DNA of 63,519 nucleotides, filler included, from Choristocarpus tenellus KU-1152 (lineage: Eukaryota; Protista; Phaeophyceae), in assembly GCA_964200185.2 (NCBI GenBank). It is 15 parts of 15 records of this genome, joined end to end, with 100 filler letters (N's around TTAATTAATTAA, not from the genome) between each part and the next. Parts side by side here need not be neighbours in the genome. Positions count along the whole stretch, not along the records: positions 53,096 to 55,729 come from CAXNAD020026101.1; positions 55,830 to 59,362 come from CAXNAD020019405.1; positions 59,463 to 63,519 come from CAXNAD020016448.1; 12 more parts are not named here. One strand, 5' to 3'. Of the stretch, positions 53,096-63,519 are shown piece after piece (positions within the stretch are counted from its first letter, which is position 1; the number at the start of each line of letters is the position of its first letter). Made by a program: the position numbers and the translations under genes. The notes beneath the pieces are model-generated. The model searched no databases. It was given only the letters and a program-made list of their open reading frames with translations, and was not told the origin of the DNA.

Positions 53096-53325
53096 AACTG
53101 GCAGAGTTGGAACTGGAGTCCCTATGTTGGAAACAACTGGCAGAGTTGGAACTGGAGTCCCCATGTTGGAAACAACTGGCAGAGTTGGAACTGGAGTCCC
53201 TATGTTGGAAACAACTGGCAGAGTCGGAGCTGGAGTCCCTATGTTGGAAACAACTGGCAGAGTTGGAACTGGAGTCCCCATGTTGGAAACAACTGGCAGA
53301 ATTGGAACTGAAGCCCCTATGTTAC
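53096..53325. repeat. 39-bp minisatellite, about 6 copies, cut by the contig start
   Basis: Unit AACTGGCAGAGTTGGAACTGGAGTCCC(T/C)ATGTTGGAAAC; open in several frames (for example MLETTGRVGTGVP). Confidence 0.95.
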
Positions 53326-54829
53326 CAAAGGGCAATCATGCTGCGGTGGCATGCATGATCTAAGGTGATGATATTTACTATCCAGATAATGATTATTGCC
53401 TGTGGTAAGCATGAGACAGGTAGTCCCTGCATGGAAAATAGGATAGCAGAAGTTGGAACCATGAAATAATCCACGTCAGAAGAGATAGCAATTTTTGTAA
53501 GGTGTTTTAATTTATTTTTCATTTTTGTCATTTTGTGTTTTGAATACTTTTTTCTGTGCATATCAGGTACCTGACCCCCTTTATTCCATGGATTTTTTTT
53601 TCTCTCTCTCCCCCTTTTATTTTATATTATTCTTTCGTTTTATTTTTGGGTTTTTGTACTTTTTGCCATTTTTTTTCTCCATCCCTTGCCTAACTTCTTT
53701 TTTCTTTTTTTTCATTCTCTCCTTTTTATCTGAACAGGTACCTAATCCCCTTAATTCCTTGTTTTGTTCTATCTTTCGTCATTTTTTTTTCTCATTTTTT
53801 TTGTCACTGATGTTGATATTATTGCCTGTTTTAAGCACTAGAAGCCATCAGTATGCTTGGTGCTTGGGGGGCAAGAGACAGGCAATAATCAGACGATACT
53901 TGGCACCTTAGGGTAGCTGTACTTTAGAAAGAGTAAAATGTATACTCCGGTTAGGCTAGATACAGACAGATTTTTCCAAGTCAATAAGGATGTATGTTTT
54001 GGGCCTAGTAGGAGTAAGGTATTTTTTGTCTTCTTTTTCCTTGCCACAAGATGATCTGAGGTGATTGAAGATATCTATTACCTTCACTGGTGACAATCGC
54101 CTGTGGTAAGCGTGAAACATGTATTTCTAGTTCATGCTGGGGGCCATGTTACAGGCGAAAAGCGCGAGCTTTTCTTCTCATGTTTCAGCAAACACAAACA
54201 TTTATGACAGACGTATTGTGTGAGGATTGTTTCTTGTCGTGTTCTAACAAGTGTGAACAATATACGATATTAGTAACACATAGGTAGCCTTACAGAATGA
54301 AGGATGATTTCATAGGAGATACAGAGTAAGATTCGGAATACATACGCAACATTACAAAAGAAAGTGTTAAAAAAGTCTCTAAGAAGTTGTAAAAGAAAGG
54401 TTTATGATTGGAGTACGTGTAGAGCAGTTGCATAGAAGACCAAAAATAAATTGAGTGGATGATGAAAATAATAAGAGCGATTTTGGCCAAAGGTCAACCC
54501 ACTTACCTACCAGTCCTTACCTTTTATCTTGAATGAAACTTTGCGTCGAGCTTTGAGCTAATCACTGAGTGGAATATCAAGAAGAGAAGGATACCTGACA
54601 CCCTACAAACTGTTGTAAGGGGCAACGCCCCCATAGCGTCGTTTTAAGGTCGTTGGATTTGAGTTGTACATTCTGTGGAGGTGAGTTCTGAGGGGCGCCT
54701 GTAACATAACTACTCCATATCTACTCACGGAGCCTGACGCACGAGAATGGCAAGCAGCAATGGAGGAGATGGAGCAACAATGGATGAAAGGAACATTCAT
54801 AGACGGAGAGTTTTTGATACTGGGAATAA

Positions 54830-55040
54830 ATACCAATACGTAATCCCATACATAATCCGGATGTACTATCTCATTAGCTACATCACATGGACTCAATTCA
54901 ACACAATAATCTCATGTACACAAAATAAGGTACACCTCACCATTGTTCTATTTTGCACACTCCTCCATGAGAGTGCAGGCAATGAAAGAGTTGCTGGAAC
55001 TCTCAAACCTAAACATCTTGTTGTGCACACTCCCCATTCT
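54830..55040 (-). repeat. Copia LTR fragment with adjacent PPT
   Basis: Matches ~660-832, including ...cacactccccattctg. Confidence 0.85.
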
Positions 55041-55066
55041 GCACAAATTCTGTGTTAGAAAGAATA

Positions 55067-55729
55067 CATGCTACGCTAGCAATGTATATCTCTGTTGCTG
55101 AGGATAACTGGAAGTGAAAGTATCTTAGAGGGTATGAGTTTTGCCCTGTTTGTTCATTGGGGCTTGGCTTCCGATGGGAATTTTTAATGACATTTTCCTA
55201 CTCCATAATGTTTCAGAGAAGGTAAAATGTAAACGTTATGAAAAGGTATGTCCGGAACAAAGATATTGATACTTCCGAACTAAGACGATAGCCAAAATTA
55301 CATCATCATCGCAAAATTGAATTTTGGCTCCAAATGGACGCAGCTCTACCCTCTAAGATACTTTGGCTCCTGGGCATCGTTAATGCCTTTCGTACAGTTA
55401 GCCCACAACACAGCATTCAGTGCAAAGTTGCATGAAACCCCGTTTTTCCTTCTGTTTGGAAGACAAACTCGTTTACCTGTTGACATTATCCTTGGTTTGT
55501 CTAATGCTGATTCAGATGTCACTACTGAAGAGTTTATTCAGCAAACCAAAGATAATTTACAGCTTGCTTTTGAGTTGGCACGTCGTATCCTCCATGAACA
55601 CGTTAAAAATCAGGAGCGTGCCAACCAACGTCTCGTGTTCCCCGTTTTTGTGCCTGGTGATAAAATTCTAGTCCATAGGCCACATGAGAGTACTAATGGT
55701 CCAAATCCGAAGTTACTTCACCCTTGGAG
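55067..55729 (+). pseudogene. Ty3/gypsy integrase C-terminal fragment interrupted by MITE A
   Basis: HATLAMYISVAEDNW|ASLMPFVQLAHNTAFSAKLHETPFFLLFGR...FVPGDKILVH...PKLLHPW. Confidence 0.85.
55112..55369. mobile_element. MITE family A, full length, 4-bp TSD CTGG
   Basis: ctgg|AAGTGAAAGTATCTTAGAGGG...CTAAGATACTTTGGCTC|ctgg; removal restores the integrase frame. Confidence 0.92.
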
Positions 55730-55829
55730 NNNNNNNNNNNNNNNNNNNNNNNNNNNNNNNNNNNNNNNNNNNNTTAATTAATTAANNNNNNNNNNNNNNN
55801 NNNNNNNNNNNNNNNNNNNNNNNNNNNNN

Positions 55830-56066
55830 CGCGACATGAAAAAATTGACCCCAAATGGACGGCCGCCACCCCCTCCCAGATATTTTGAGACTCCTACTCC
55901 AAAATGTTTCAGATTAGGTAAAATGTGTACCTTATGAAAAGGTGCATCCAGATCATGGATATTGACACTTCCTAACAAACATGATGGCCAAGATTATATC
56001 AAAATCGCACCATTGGATTTTGGCCACCAAATGGGCGCGGCTCTACCCTCTAAGATACTTTGGCTC
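55830..56066. mobile_element. MITE B end (55830-55891) joined to a partial MITE A (55892-56066)
   Basis: ...CCCAGATATTTTGAGAC|tcctactcc...CTAAGATACTTTGGCTC. Confidence 0.8.
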
Positions 56067-56088
56067 AGCACCTCCCATTCCAACGAAC

Positions 56089-58374
56089 CTTATCCTTCAA
56101 CTGAGCCTCTGCAGCCTCAAGTTGTGTTCTAAGTCTTGACACGCCCCCCTCATTGTCGAGTTTATCAAACTCCTTCTGTTCCAGGTGAGTAGAAGGAGTG
56201 GCAGTTGCGGAGACAAGAAAACAATGGATTAGTCGATGATTAAGTGTCTAAGTATCTACAGGGAAGGCTATGTGCATGCAAAGGGAAATGCAGTCTTCAT
56301 TGATCAAAGAACTAATAGAAGCGACTTGCTTCCTAACAGATAGTTTTATAGAAAGACATAAACACAGGATGAGCCAATACTGCAAAGTGTGAATCTGACA
56401 GACACAATTTTTGTAGGCAAAGGTAAAGTCTTTGGCGACTTTTAATTTCAAATGCAAGTGTGACTGTAATCTTTTCTATGGATCTCTCAAATAGAACAGT
56501 GCCAAACATTATATTCCTAACAGAGACAAAATATGTTGGAACTGCTATACCATGTTGATGCTCAAATGGGATCCATTTCTGATCTGTGATGTCCTGTACC
56601 GCCACACCATCAAAGGAGGGCGCTGTCTGAACGAAATATTTCCCTCTGAGCGATTTTTTTTTATCGAGGTGTTAGAGCTCTAGGGCATGTTGCAGGGAAA
56701 ATGCATCAATTTGTCCCATTGTTAAATCTGAGAAAATACTGTGAATTTGTTGTCTATTATGTTGGTGTAAATGTTGCTCTTTACATCACGTACCCCACCC
56801 CCTTTCAATCATACACCATGATATTATTATTATCAGGGCAATTGTTGTTTAACTTCTTACTGCAGCTCCTGACCCCTTTCCTAGTCCTCCTCACCTGCTT
56901 TTGCAGCAAAGCTTCCTCTGCTACTTTAACTTGTGCTTTCAGATCCCTTGCCTCTTCCATCATATCCCTTTCCGTAGCCTCCCATGATGCTTGGCTGTCA
57001 CCAAGCTGGTGAGGTCAGCATAAGCAAACACTATGTGTAAGAGCAAAGCAATGCATCATAAAAGCAAAAACCACTAGAATACATAGAGAGATCCATTTGT
57101 GAGACGTTTCCCATCCATCAACCGACCTCTATACCTTGCTTGTCCACTTCCTCTCCTCTTCCTTCTTCCCTGCAAGAACTGCCTCCTCTAGCACCTGAAC
57201 TCTGGTCTTTTCCCTCTCTTTCTCTAACCTAGAAGATACCTCTCCCTTAATAGCTTCCTCATTGCTCTTTGCTTCAGCAGCCCTGACCCTTGCTTCAGCT
57301 TCCACGGCACGTTTCAGAACCTGTGCCACAGAGGCAATACCAACACAGATAGGAGGAGTACAAAGAGCGGGGCATAATGAGCAGAAAACCCAAGAGGAAG
57401 CTAAGGATGCAGCAGCATAACAAATTCATTTTTTCCCAGAAACCAAGTGTCTGAAGTTTGTCGATATTTCTACTAAATGAGAATTACGCTCGTTTGGCAA
57501 TCCCATGGTAACGTACACATCAGGAAATATATCCACACTGCCATGTGCATCTTTCTCAATGCAAAATGAGGAAGGGCCCTGACTAGTCGCATGTGTGCTT
57601 TGACCTAAGTCGAAAATACATGGAACAGTTTTTGATGCAAAAAATGTCCCCCATTCAACACAAAGGCAGAGCCTATTTCAAATATCAAATTGAGAACCGT
57701 AGGCCTATACTTGGCCCAAAATACCCAAGCTCTTGTAGGGGTGAGGTTAGACCAGGGATCCAATGGCACAACCTAGTTCGTAGCTGCACAGGCAAGACTG
57801 AAGAGCTACAGCGATCTTCTGATATCTACTACCAAGTGGATTGGAGGCCTGAATATCCAGCACCTGCTCAATTATCTTAGAGGGTATATCCTCGTCCGTT
57901 TGGGGCCCAAAATCCAATGTTGCGATTTTGATGTGATTTTGGGTATTGTGCTTGTTAGGAAGTGTCAATATCCTTGTTCTGAACACACCTTTTCATAATG
58001 TACACATTTTACTACCTACTCCGAAACATTTTGGAGTAGGAAAATGTCATCAAAAACCTGTGTGTGGGGGGAGTCAAGCCCCAAACAGACAAACCGGGCA
58101 AAAATCATACCCTCTAAGATACTTTCTCTTGCAATGCTTAATCATTGTAACCAATGTTTCTTGCAGTGAAGCTTCGAAGCCTAAGATCCACAACAAGTTT
58201 CATGTGGCAGCTATCTGACCCTGCACAGTACACCCACATACACACCAGCAGAATGAATCAACCACCAAGCAATCCACCCTCCCCCTGCCCATGCCGCCAA
58301 CTCCTCCTCACCTCATTATTCTGTGAATGAGCTTCCTTCAATCTCTTCTCGAGGTCAAGTTGCTTGCTCCTCAA
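56089..58374 (-). CDS. Four internal exons of a coiled-coil protein (58312-58374, 57135-57320, 56895-57005, 56089-56175)
   Basis: All are phase-0 exons with CAG acceptors and GT donors: LRSKQLDLEKRLKEAHSQNNE / VLKRAVEAEARVRAAEAK... / LGDSQASWEATERDMMEEARDLK... / KEFDKLDNEGGVSRLRTQLEAAEAQLKDK. Confidence 0.75.
57864..58130. mobile_element. MITE family A in an intron, degenerate termini
   Basis: ...tatcttagagggta...taccctctaagatactttctctt; flanks gcac / gcaa. Confidence 0.85.
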
Positions 58375-59164
58375 CTGGAATTCATGAGCGGAACAAGGGG
58401 TTAGGCAATATCAATGTTGATCTTACCACAGGGATTCCGGGATGTGATTCAACTATTACAATACAGCACGGTATTGGGTAACTACCACTGAGTGTGATGT
58501 TGAATGTTACCTCTGCCACAGGGCAACATAGCAAAGAGAAAAAAAAGATCTGCACTCCATGTATCAAAGGGTGGAAAGGAATTGCAAGTTCAGGACCACA
58601 ACAGGTCCCAGTGAGGTTTTCCTGTGAACTGAGAAACTACAAAAGATTTGTCCACACAAGCACAATAGTACCTTCAGAGCGGTAGCAGAAGTAAATGTAC
58701 CAGGAGGGAGTCACAGGGACCCCAAGTACTCAACGACACCACATTCTAAAAAAGGATAGTTAAATCTGTAGGATACACTTGCTGCCCTGGTGAAGAAATC
58801 TTATGCAGTATTCTGGTGAAAGAGTGACAATAGTCCTTCCTTCATTTTTGCAAGACTTGCTTAAGTTCGTGTCAACAGGAAGGGGCAAGCTATCAATGAG
58901 TGGTTCGACTTGTGTTCATTTTGTTTGTCCATGCTGACATCCTTTAGATATTTGTTCTCGTCTAGGCTAGCTACTGCACCTTGTGAATGTTTTTCCGCGT
59001 TTCAGTCTCCCTTCCAAAATGGGTAGCATCTTCTAGCCTGCATGAGCTCTAGTACACTGCTAGGTTTTTAGGTACGCAAGAGACAATGCCCTCAGCCAGT
59101 GTACTGTGCCAGAATCTTTGAGCACGCCAGCAATATATATTGCAACAATGCCCCAATAGGAATA

Positions 59165-59346
59165 GGCTCAAAGTATCTGGGGGGGTGGCGGCTGTCCACC
59201 ATTTGGGGTCCATTTTTCCATGTCCATTTTTTTGGGCGATTTGTTAGCATGTGTCGGATGGATAATGTAAGTGTACTTTTCATGGTCAGAACTCAAATGG
59301 ACACCCTGGTGTAGACACCCCCCCCCCCCCATAGATACTTTGAGCC
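59165..59346. mobile_element. MITE family B, full length, 4-bp TSD AATA
   Basis: aata|GGCTCAAAGTATCTGGGG...AGATACTTTGAGCC|aata; perfect 14-bp TIR. Confidence 0.92.
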
Positions 59347-59973
59347 AATAAAATACAGGGAGNNNNNNNNNNNNNNNNNNNNNNNNNNNNNNNNNNNNNN
59401 NNNNNNTTAATTAATTAANNNNNNNNNNNNNNNNNNNNNNNNNNNNNNNNNNNNNNNNNNNNTGCGAGTGTGTTGTTGTATAGGGGGGTGTGTTTTGGTA
59501 TGTTGGTTTGGTGGGGTGGGGGGGGTGGGTGGGTGGGGGGGGGGGGGGGGGGGGGGGGGGGGTTTAGATTCTTTTGATTTGCAGATTTTGTCGATAAGTT
59601 TCTTTTTGATAGGAGAAGATACTTGCTACTGGGGCAATACAGTAACATATTGGATCTTCTCAAAAAGTCTTCTGCATATCCAATCCTGTATCATGTTGAG
59701 GAGAGGTATGCTGTGCATGTTTGATTGGTCTCCTTTACTCCCTATAAATTTCTGAAGGACTTGTAGCGCCTATCCACCTCCAGTAGACTATGTCTATAGC
59801 CCTGGTTACGTCGACTTCAAACAACAAAATGCTTGAAGGTATGGAGTAAACTGCTCAGTTGTTTTGGCCTAAGTTAACTAGGCTCGCTGCTATTATAATT
59901 GCCCCGACCCCGATTCCTCTTCCACTCTCTCTCTTCTGGTTGCTCTCAAATACTTTCTTGCATACTTGTACAC

Positions 59974-60013
<40 letters not shown>

Positions 60014-60194
60014 AACCACACACCACCCCCCACCCCACACCGACCCCCACCCACCCGCCNNNNNNNNNNTTTATTTTCCCCCCCCCCCCTTCCCCTTCCC
60101 CCCCCCCCCTTCCTGTTGCCCCCCAATTTCTTTTTTCATCCTTTTCCCCCCCCCCCCCCCCCCCCCCTCTACCCATAATAATGATGACATACAG

Positions 60195-63100
60195 TCTGCG
60201 GCATCCAAAGCAATGACCATCCTGTGCGCATCGGGGAGGCCCTTTGCTGGGCGAGATCTATCCAGTATCAAGGTACACCATAGAAGCTGATGCTTCTTTC
60301 CTTCAGTAGTCGGGATGGAATGCTAAGAAAGTTGACAGGAATTTTATTTTCTGACATTGGGTGGCAAAGTAGTCCCCTTGTGTATGACTTGTTGTTACAG
60401 GTGGTGTACCCACTGGTAGACTGATTTCGAGGGTGATTTTGTTTGTATTTTTCATGTTATCCAAGGAGAAATTTCAGGCCTTCACAGTGCCCCACCCTCT
60501 CCTCCCACCCCATCACCTGCCAGGTGTGCGTTTGGAACTTTTACTGCACTTTTGAAACTGTCTGTATTAGAAAAAAATTAAATGAGATGACATTTGGTAC
60601 CCACTCAATAGCGACAACATATCATCTATTGATAACACCCTTAGCTTTGATATTCCCCTAGCCCCACAGTCTCTGCATTGCATCTGTTGTCTGAAAGTTC
60701 CCATCCTGATAAATAATCTCACCCCTCCGCAGCTATTGATGGACCGTTTCCCCTAACCCATTCCATTCCCTGCCTTTGCAATGTATACGAGCTCTTCTCT
60801 CTCACATCAAATTTCACTTGCTGTTCCCCCTTGCCCCCCGCTTCCTACGAAAAATAAATAAATAACTAAACGTAAATATGTGCTGAAGATCCCTGGCGCA
60901 AACCTCAACGGGGCCATTCTGGAAGACTGTTCTCTGAACGGTGCAGACCTCACTGACTGCTCTGTGCGAGGTGCCAGCCTCAACCGCTGCAACCTTGATA
61001 AGGCGCAGTGCAGCGGGCTTGTGACTGGAGCCCTTCCGGTCCTTCGCCCATTGATGGGCGTGGGGATTGGTCGGGTCATACTGTCATCGGAGGGATCCGT
61101 GATGGCTATGATGGGGGTGGATGGCGTTACGGTTAAGGTGTGTGAGTTTTTTTTTGGGGGGGGGGGAGGGTCTGTCTTTATGCCGAAAGCAAATGGACAG
61201 TACAACACTAAAACAAAAACAAAAATATCTACTGTGTAAGTGTAGACCAGGTATTGGGGTATAACTTGCAAGCTCATTATGAGACCCTCTAGGCCTGTTG
61301 CCGATGTGTTGTTGTATTATATTGTTTTTTGTATGAAAACTATTGTACACAGTCGGTACTTTGCTATCATGGTGGGTGAGAGTGGCTTGAAAAGTGCCTG
61401 TCTTTGTACCATGTTTTCCCTTTCACTTCTGTTCTCTTTTTGTTGTGTTCAAATTGTTTTATTTTTTACAGACAAATTATCCATTTTTTTCAACATTTGT
61501 GTTTTAAGAACCTAGCATCTTTTTTTTTTCAAATTTCAAAACATAGAACGATTTTTTGTTGTGGCTTGATATGGCAAAATGGCCTTAAGTAATCCTGCCC
61601 TCCTTCCCTACTGTCCTAACCTAGTCTCCACTCAAACTCTCTTCTCCTCCCTCCCTTTTCCCTCATACGAATTTTCCTTCCTAACTTGTCTTTGCAAACA
61701 ATTGAATCCAGGTGCTGAGGGTTGATTCTGGCAAAGAGCTGTGCTCATTCTCACCGGGGGGTGAGAATGAGGGGCGACGCTTCTCCATGTCTACACTGGC
61801 GATATCCTCTAATCGGGCGTATGTTGTGGCTGAGAGCTTTGAGAGTGATGTCAGGTTTGTTTGTACCACGGTACTGTCGCTGTTCTCTTCTAACTTAGTA
61901 GAATTTGTCTTGTGTGTGTATTCCTTGTTGCAAAATTATGTGACAATGGGGATTTTGTTCCATGCCTTCTTTTTTTTTCCATTTCCTATTGATTCTATTT
62001 GTTTTGTGACTCATTCATTCTTACTCATCAACCCCCCTGTGCGATTCTGTGTGTGTTGCTGCAATGCAGCCCTGGAGTGGAGGGGTCTACAGGTTGCTTC
62101 CTAGAGCTGAGGCGTGTAGAGGATGGAGCATTGGTTTTTGAGGCACCGTGGTTCCCTGGGGCTCCCTGTCCTGTGTTCACGCCCAACTCCAATGTACTCC
62201 TGTACCAACATGTGAGACCTTCACGAATGGGTCCTTCTACTACACTGTCAGATTGATACCTGGAAATAGTTCTCTTCAACCCAGCTTGCACTTTATAAAA
62301 TGCTGGAGTCCAAGAAACAATATACGATGCCCCAAAGTCCACCCCCGCCCCCCCCCCCCCCCCCCCCCCACCCTTTTCTCCTGTGTTACAACATTATTAC
62401 CCTTTTTTTTTTTTTTTTGTGGTTATCTACGCCTCTGCATAGAGTGAGACCGAGCTTGCTGCCGTTGCTTGTCCCACTGGGACCTCTCTTGGCATCATTG
62501 CCCTGTGTCTCGACAGTCCCATTGCTCAGCAAGGGCAATGCAATGGCAAGAACCATCACCACCACCATTGCCGACCCAGTTCTGGATTAGTGATACTGTC
62601 ATCGTCTTCAGGGAAGGATCAGTGGGGGTGGCAAAGCGGTAGTGGTAGCAGTAGTGGCAGCTGGAGTGCCAGTACCTTTGGCAATGATAAGAATCGAGAT
62701 GGGGAGCGCTCCTCTGGTGCTTGGCAGTCGATATCGCCATCCGGGAGCAAGATACGCAGCCTTCGTGCTACCCACAAGGGAAACAAGGCATGTGTGTGTT
62801 TGTATGTGTGTGTGTGATTTTGATTGGGTGATTATACGTTTTTTTTTGTTCTGTTGTGCTTGGAAGTAGATGATTATGGTATGATGAGTTGGATGTGGTA
62901 TGGTGAGTGTCCTCGTTGTTTTAGTGCTAGCACAGGGAGTGAGAAGTTGATCAGTGTTTACGAAGCTTAGTGCATGTTCAAATTTCTCGCTTTGTGGTTT
63001 TTTGGGACCGGGGGGGGGGGGGGGGGGGGGGGGGTTGGGGGGGGGTGGTGGGGTGGGGGGGGGGGGGGGGGGGGGGGGGAGGGGAGAGTGTGTGGGGTGG

Positions 63101-63424
63101 GGGGGCTGCGAAANNNNNNNNNNTGTTGGTGTTGGTGGGTTTGTGTGGGGGGTGTGGGGGTGGTTGTTTTTGGGGCTGGTATTTGTGTGTGGCTGATTGG
63201 TGTGTTGCACAGCATGGTTGACATTAATGGTATTAATACAAGTTTGCTATTGATAGTGGCCAAGTACTGTACTGTTTTGTTATAGCACTTGAAAGTATCA
63301 CATCCCTAACCCTTACCTTACCCTCTCAGGTCCAAGTGGGTGTGGGAAGTGGGGATCCTGTGATACTTGAGTTTAATATAGAACCTTACAATGGTGGGAT
63401 TAGATCGGGTCGTCAAGTCCTCAG
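60195..63424 (+). CDS. Pentapeptide-repeat plus WD40-like protein, partial; exons 60195-60272, 60889-61137, 61712-61854, 62070-62211, 62443-62787, 63330-63424
   Basis: The spliced product SAASKAMTILCASGRPFAGRDLSSIK|IPGANLNGAILEDCSLNGADLTDCSVRGASLNRCNLDKAQCSGLVTGALP is followed by beta-propeller-like segments (ILSSEGSVMA, KVLRVDSGKELCSF, VFTPNSNVL). Exon phases are compatible; the last junction needs a GC donor. Confidence 0.7.
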
Positions 63425-63519
63425 GTGAGAGAGGAAATTTCCATTTTCTCCCCCCCCCCCCCCCCCCCTGATCCCTTCCCCCCCCCCTTTAATATGCTTT
63501 CTCCTTTTTTCTTCACTTT

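Noticed and set aside
53096-53325. CRISPR array
   Set aside because: Head-to-tail repeats with no unique spacers.
59855-60216. Poly-Pro and poly-Gly ORFs (also 62608-63285 and 3337-3585)
   Set aside because: They are translations of poly-C/G tracts around N gaps in low-quality intronic sequence.

Overview
This window is not one contiguous locus. It is 15 short eukaryotic contigs joined by 14 artificial 100-bp linkers (44 N + TTAATTAATTAA + 44 N), so gene order across linkers has no meaning. Spliced genes, a flagellar gene and the transposon content suggest a repeat-rich protist or algal genome, possibly a brown alga or relative (inference only). Host genes reconstructed by hand from splice sites: the last two exons of an ATM-type PIKK kinase joined by a GC-AG intron; the first three exons of enkurin; a ~1500-aa dual-specificity phosphatase-fold protein with Ser in place of the catalytic Cys; four exons of a coiled-coil protein; and part of a pentapeptide-repeat/WD40-like protein resembling NACHT-pentapeptide-WD40 NLR-like proteins. 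Mobile DNA includes an internally deleted Ty1/copia element, an internally deleted chromodomain Ty3/gypsy element nested in an older gypsy gag, an integrase fragment and a hAT relic. The most distinctive signal is a group of about 30 MITE copies in at least four sequence families. They share a terminal core (a 5-nt G-initial prefix followed by AAAGTA) and make either 3-bp or 4-bp target-site duplications. Removing three of them restores an interrupted reading frame, one being an unexplained intronless ~342-aa ORF with Tudor-like modules.
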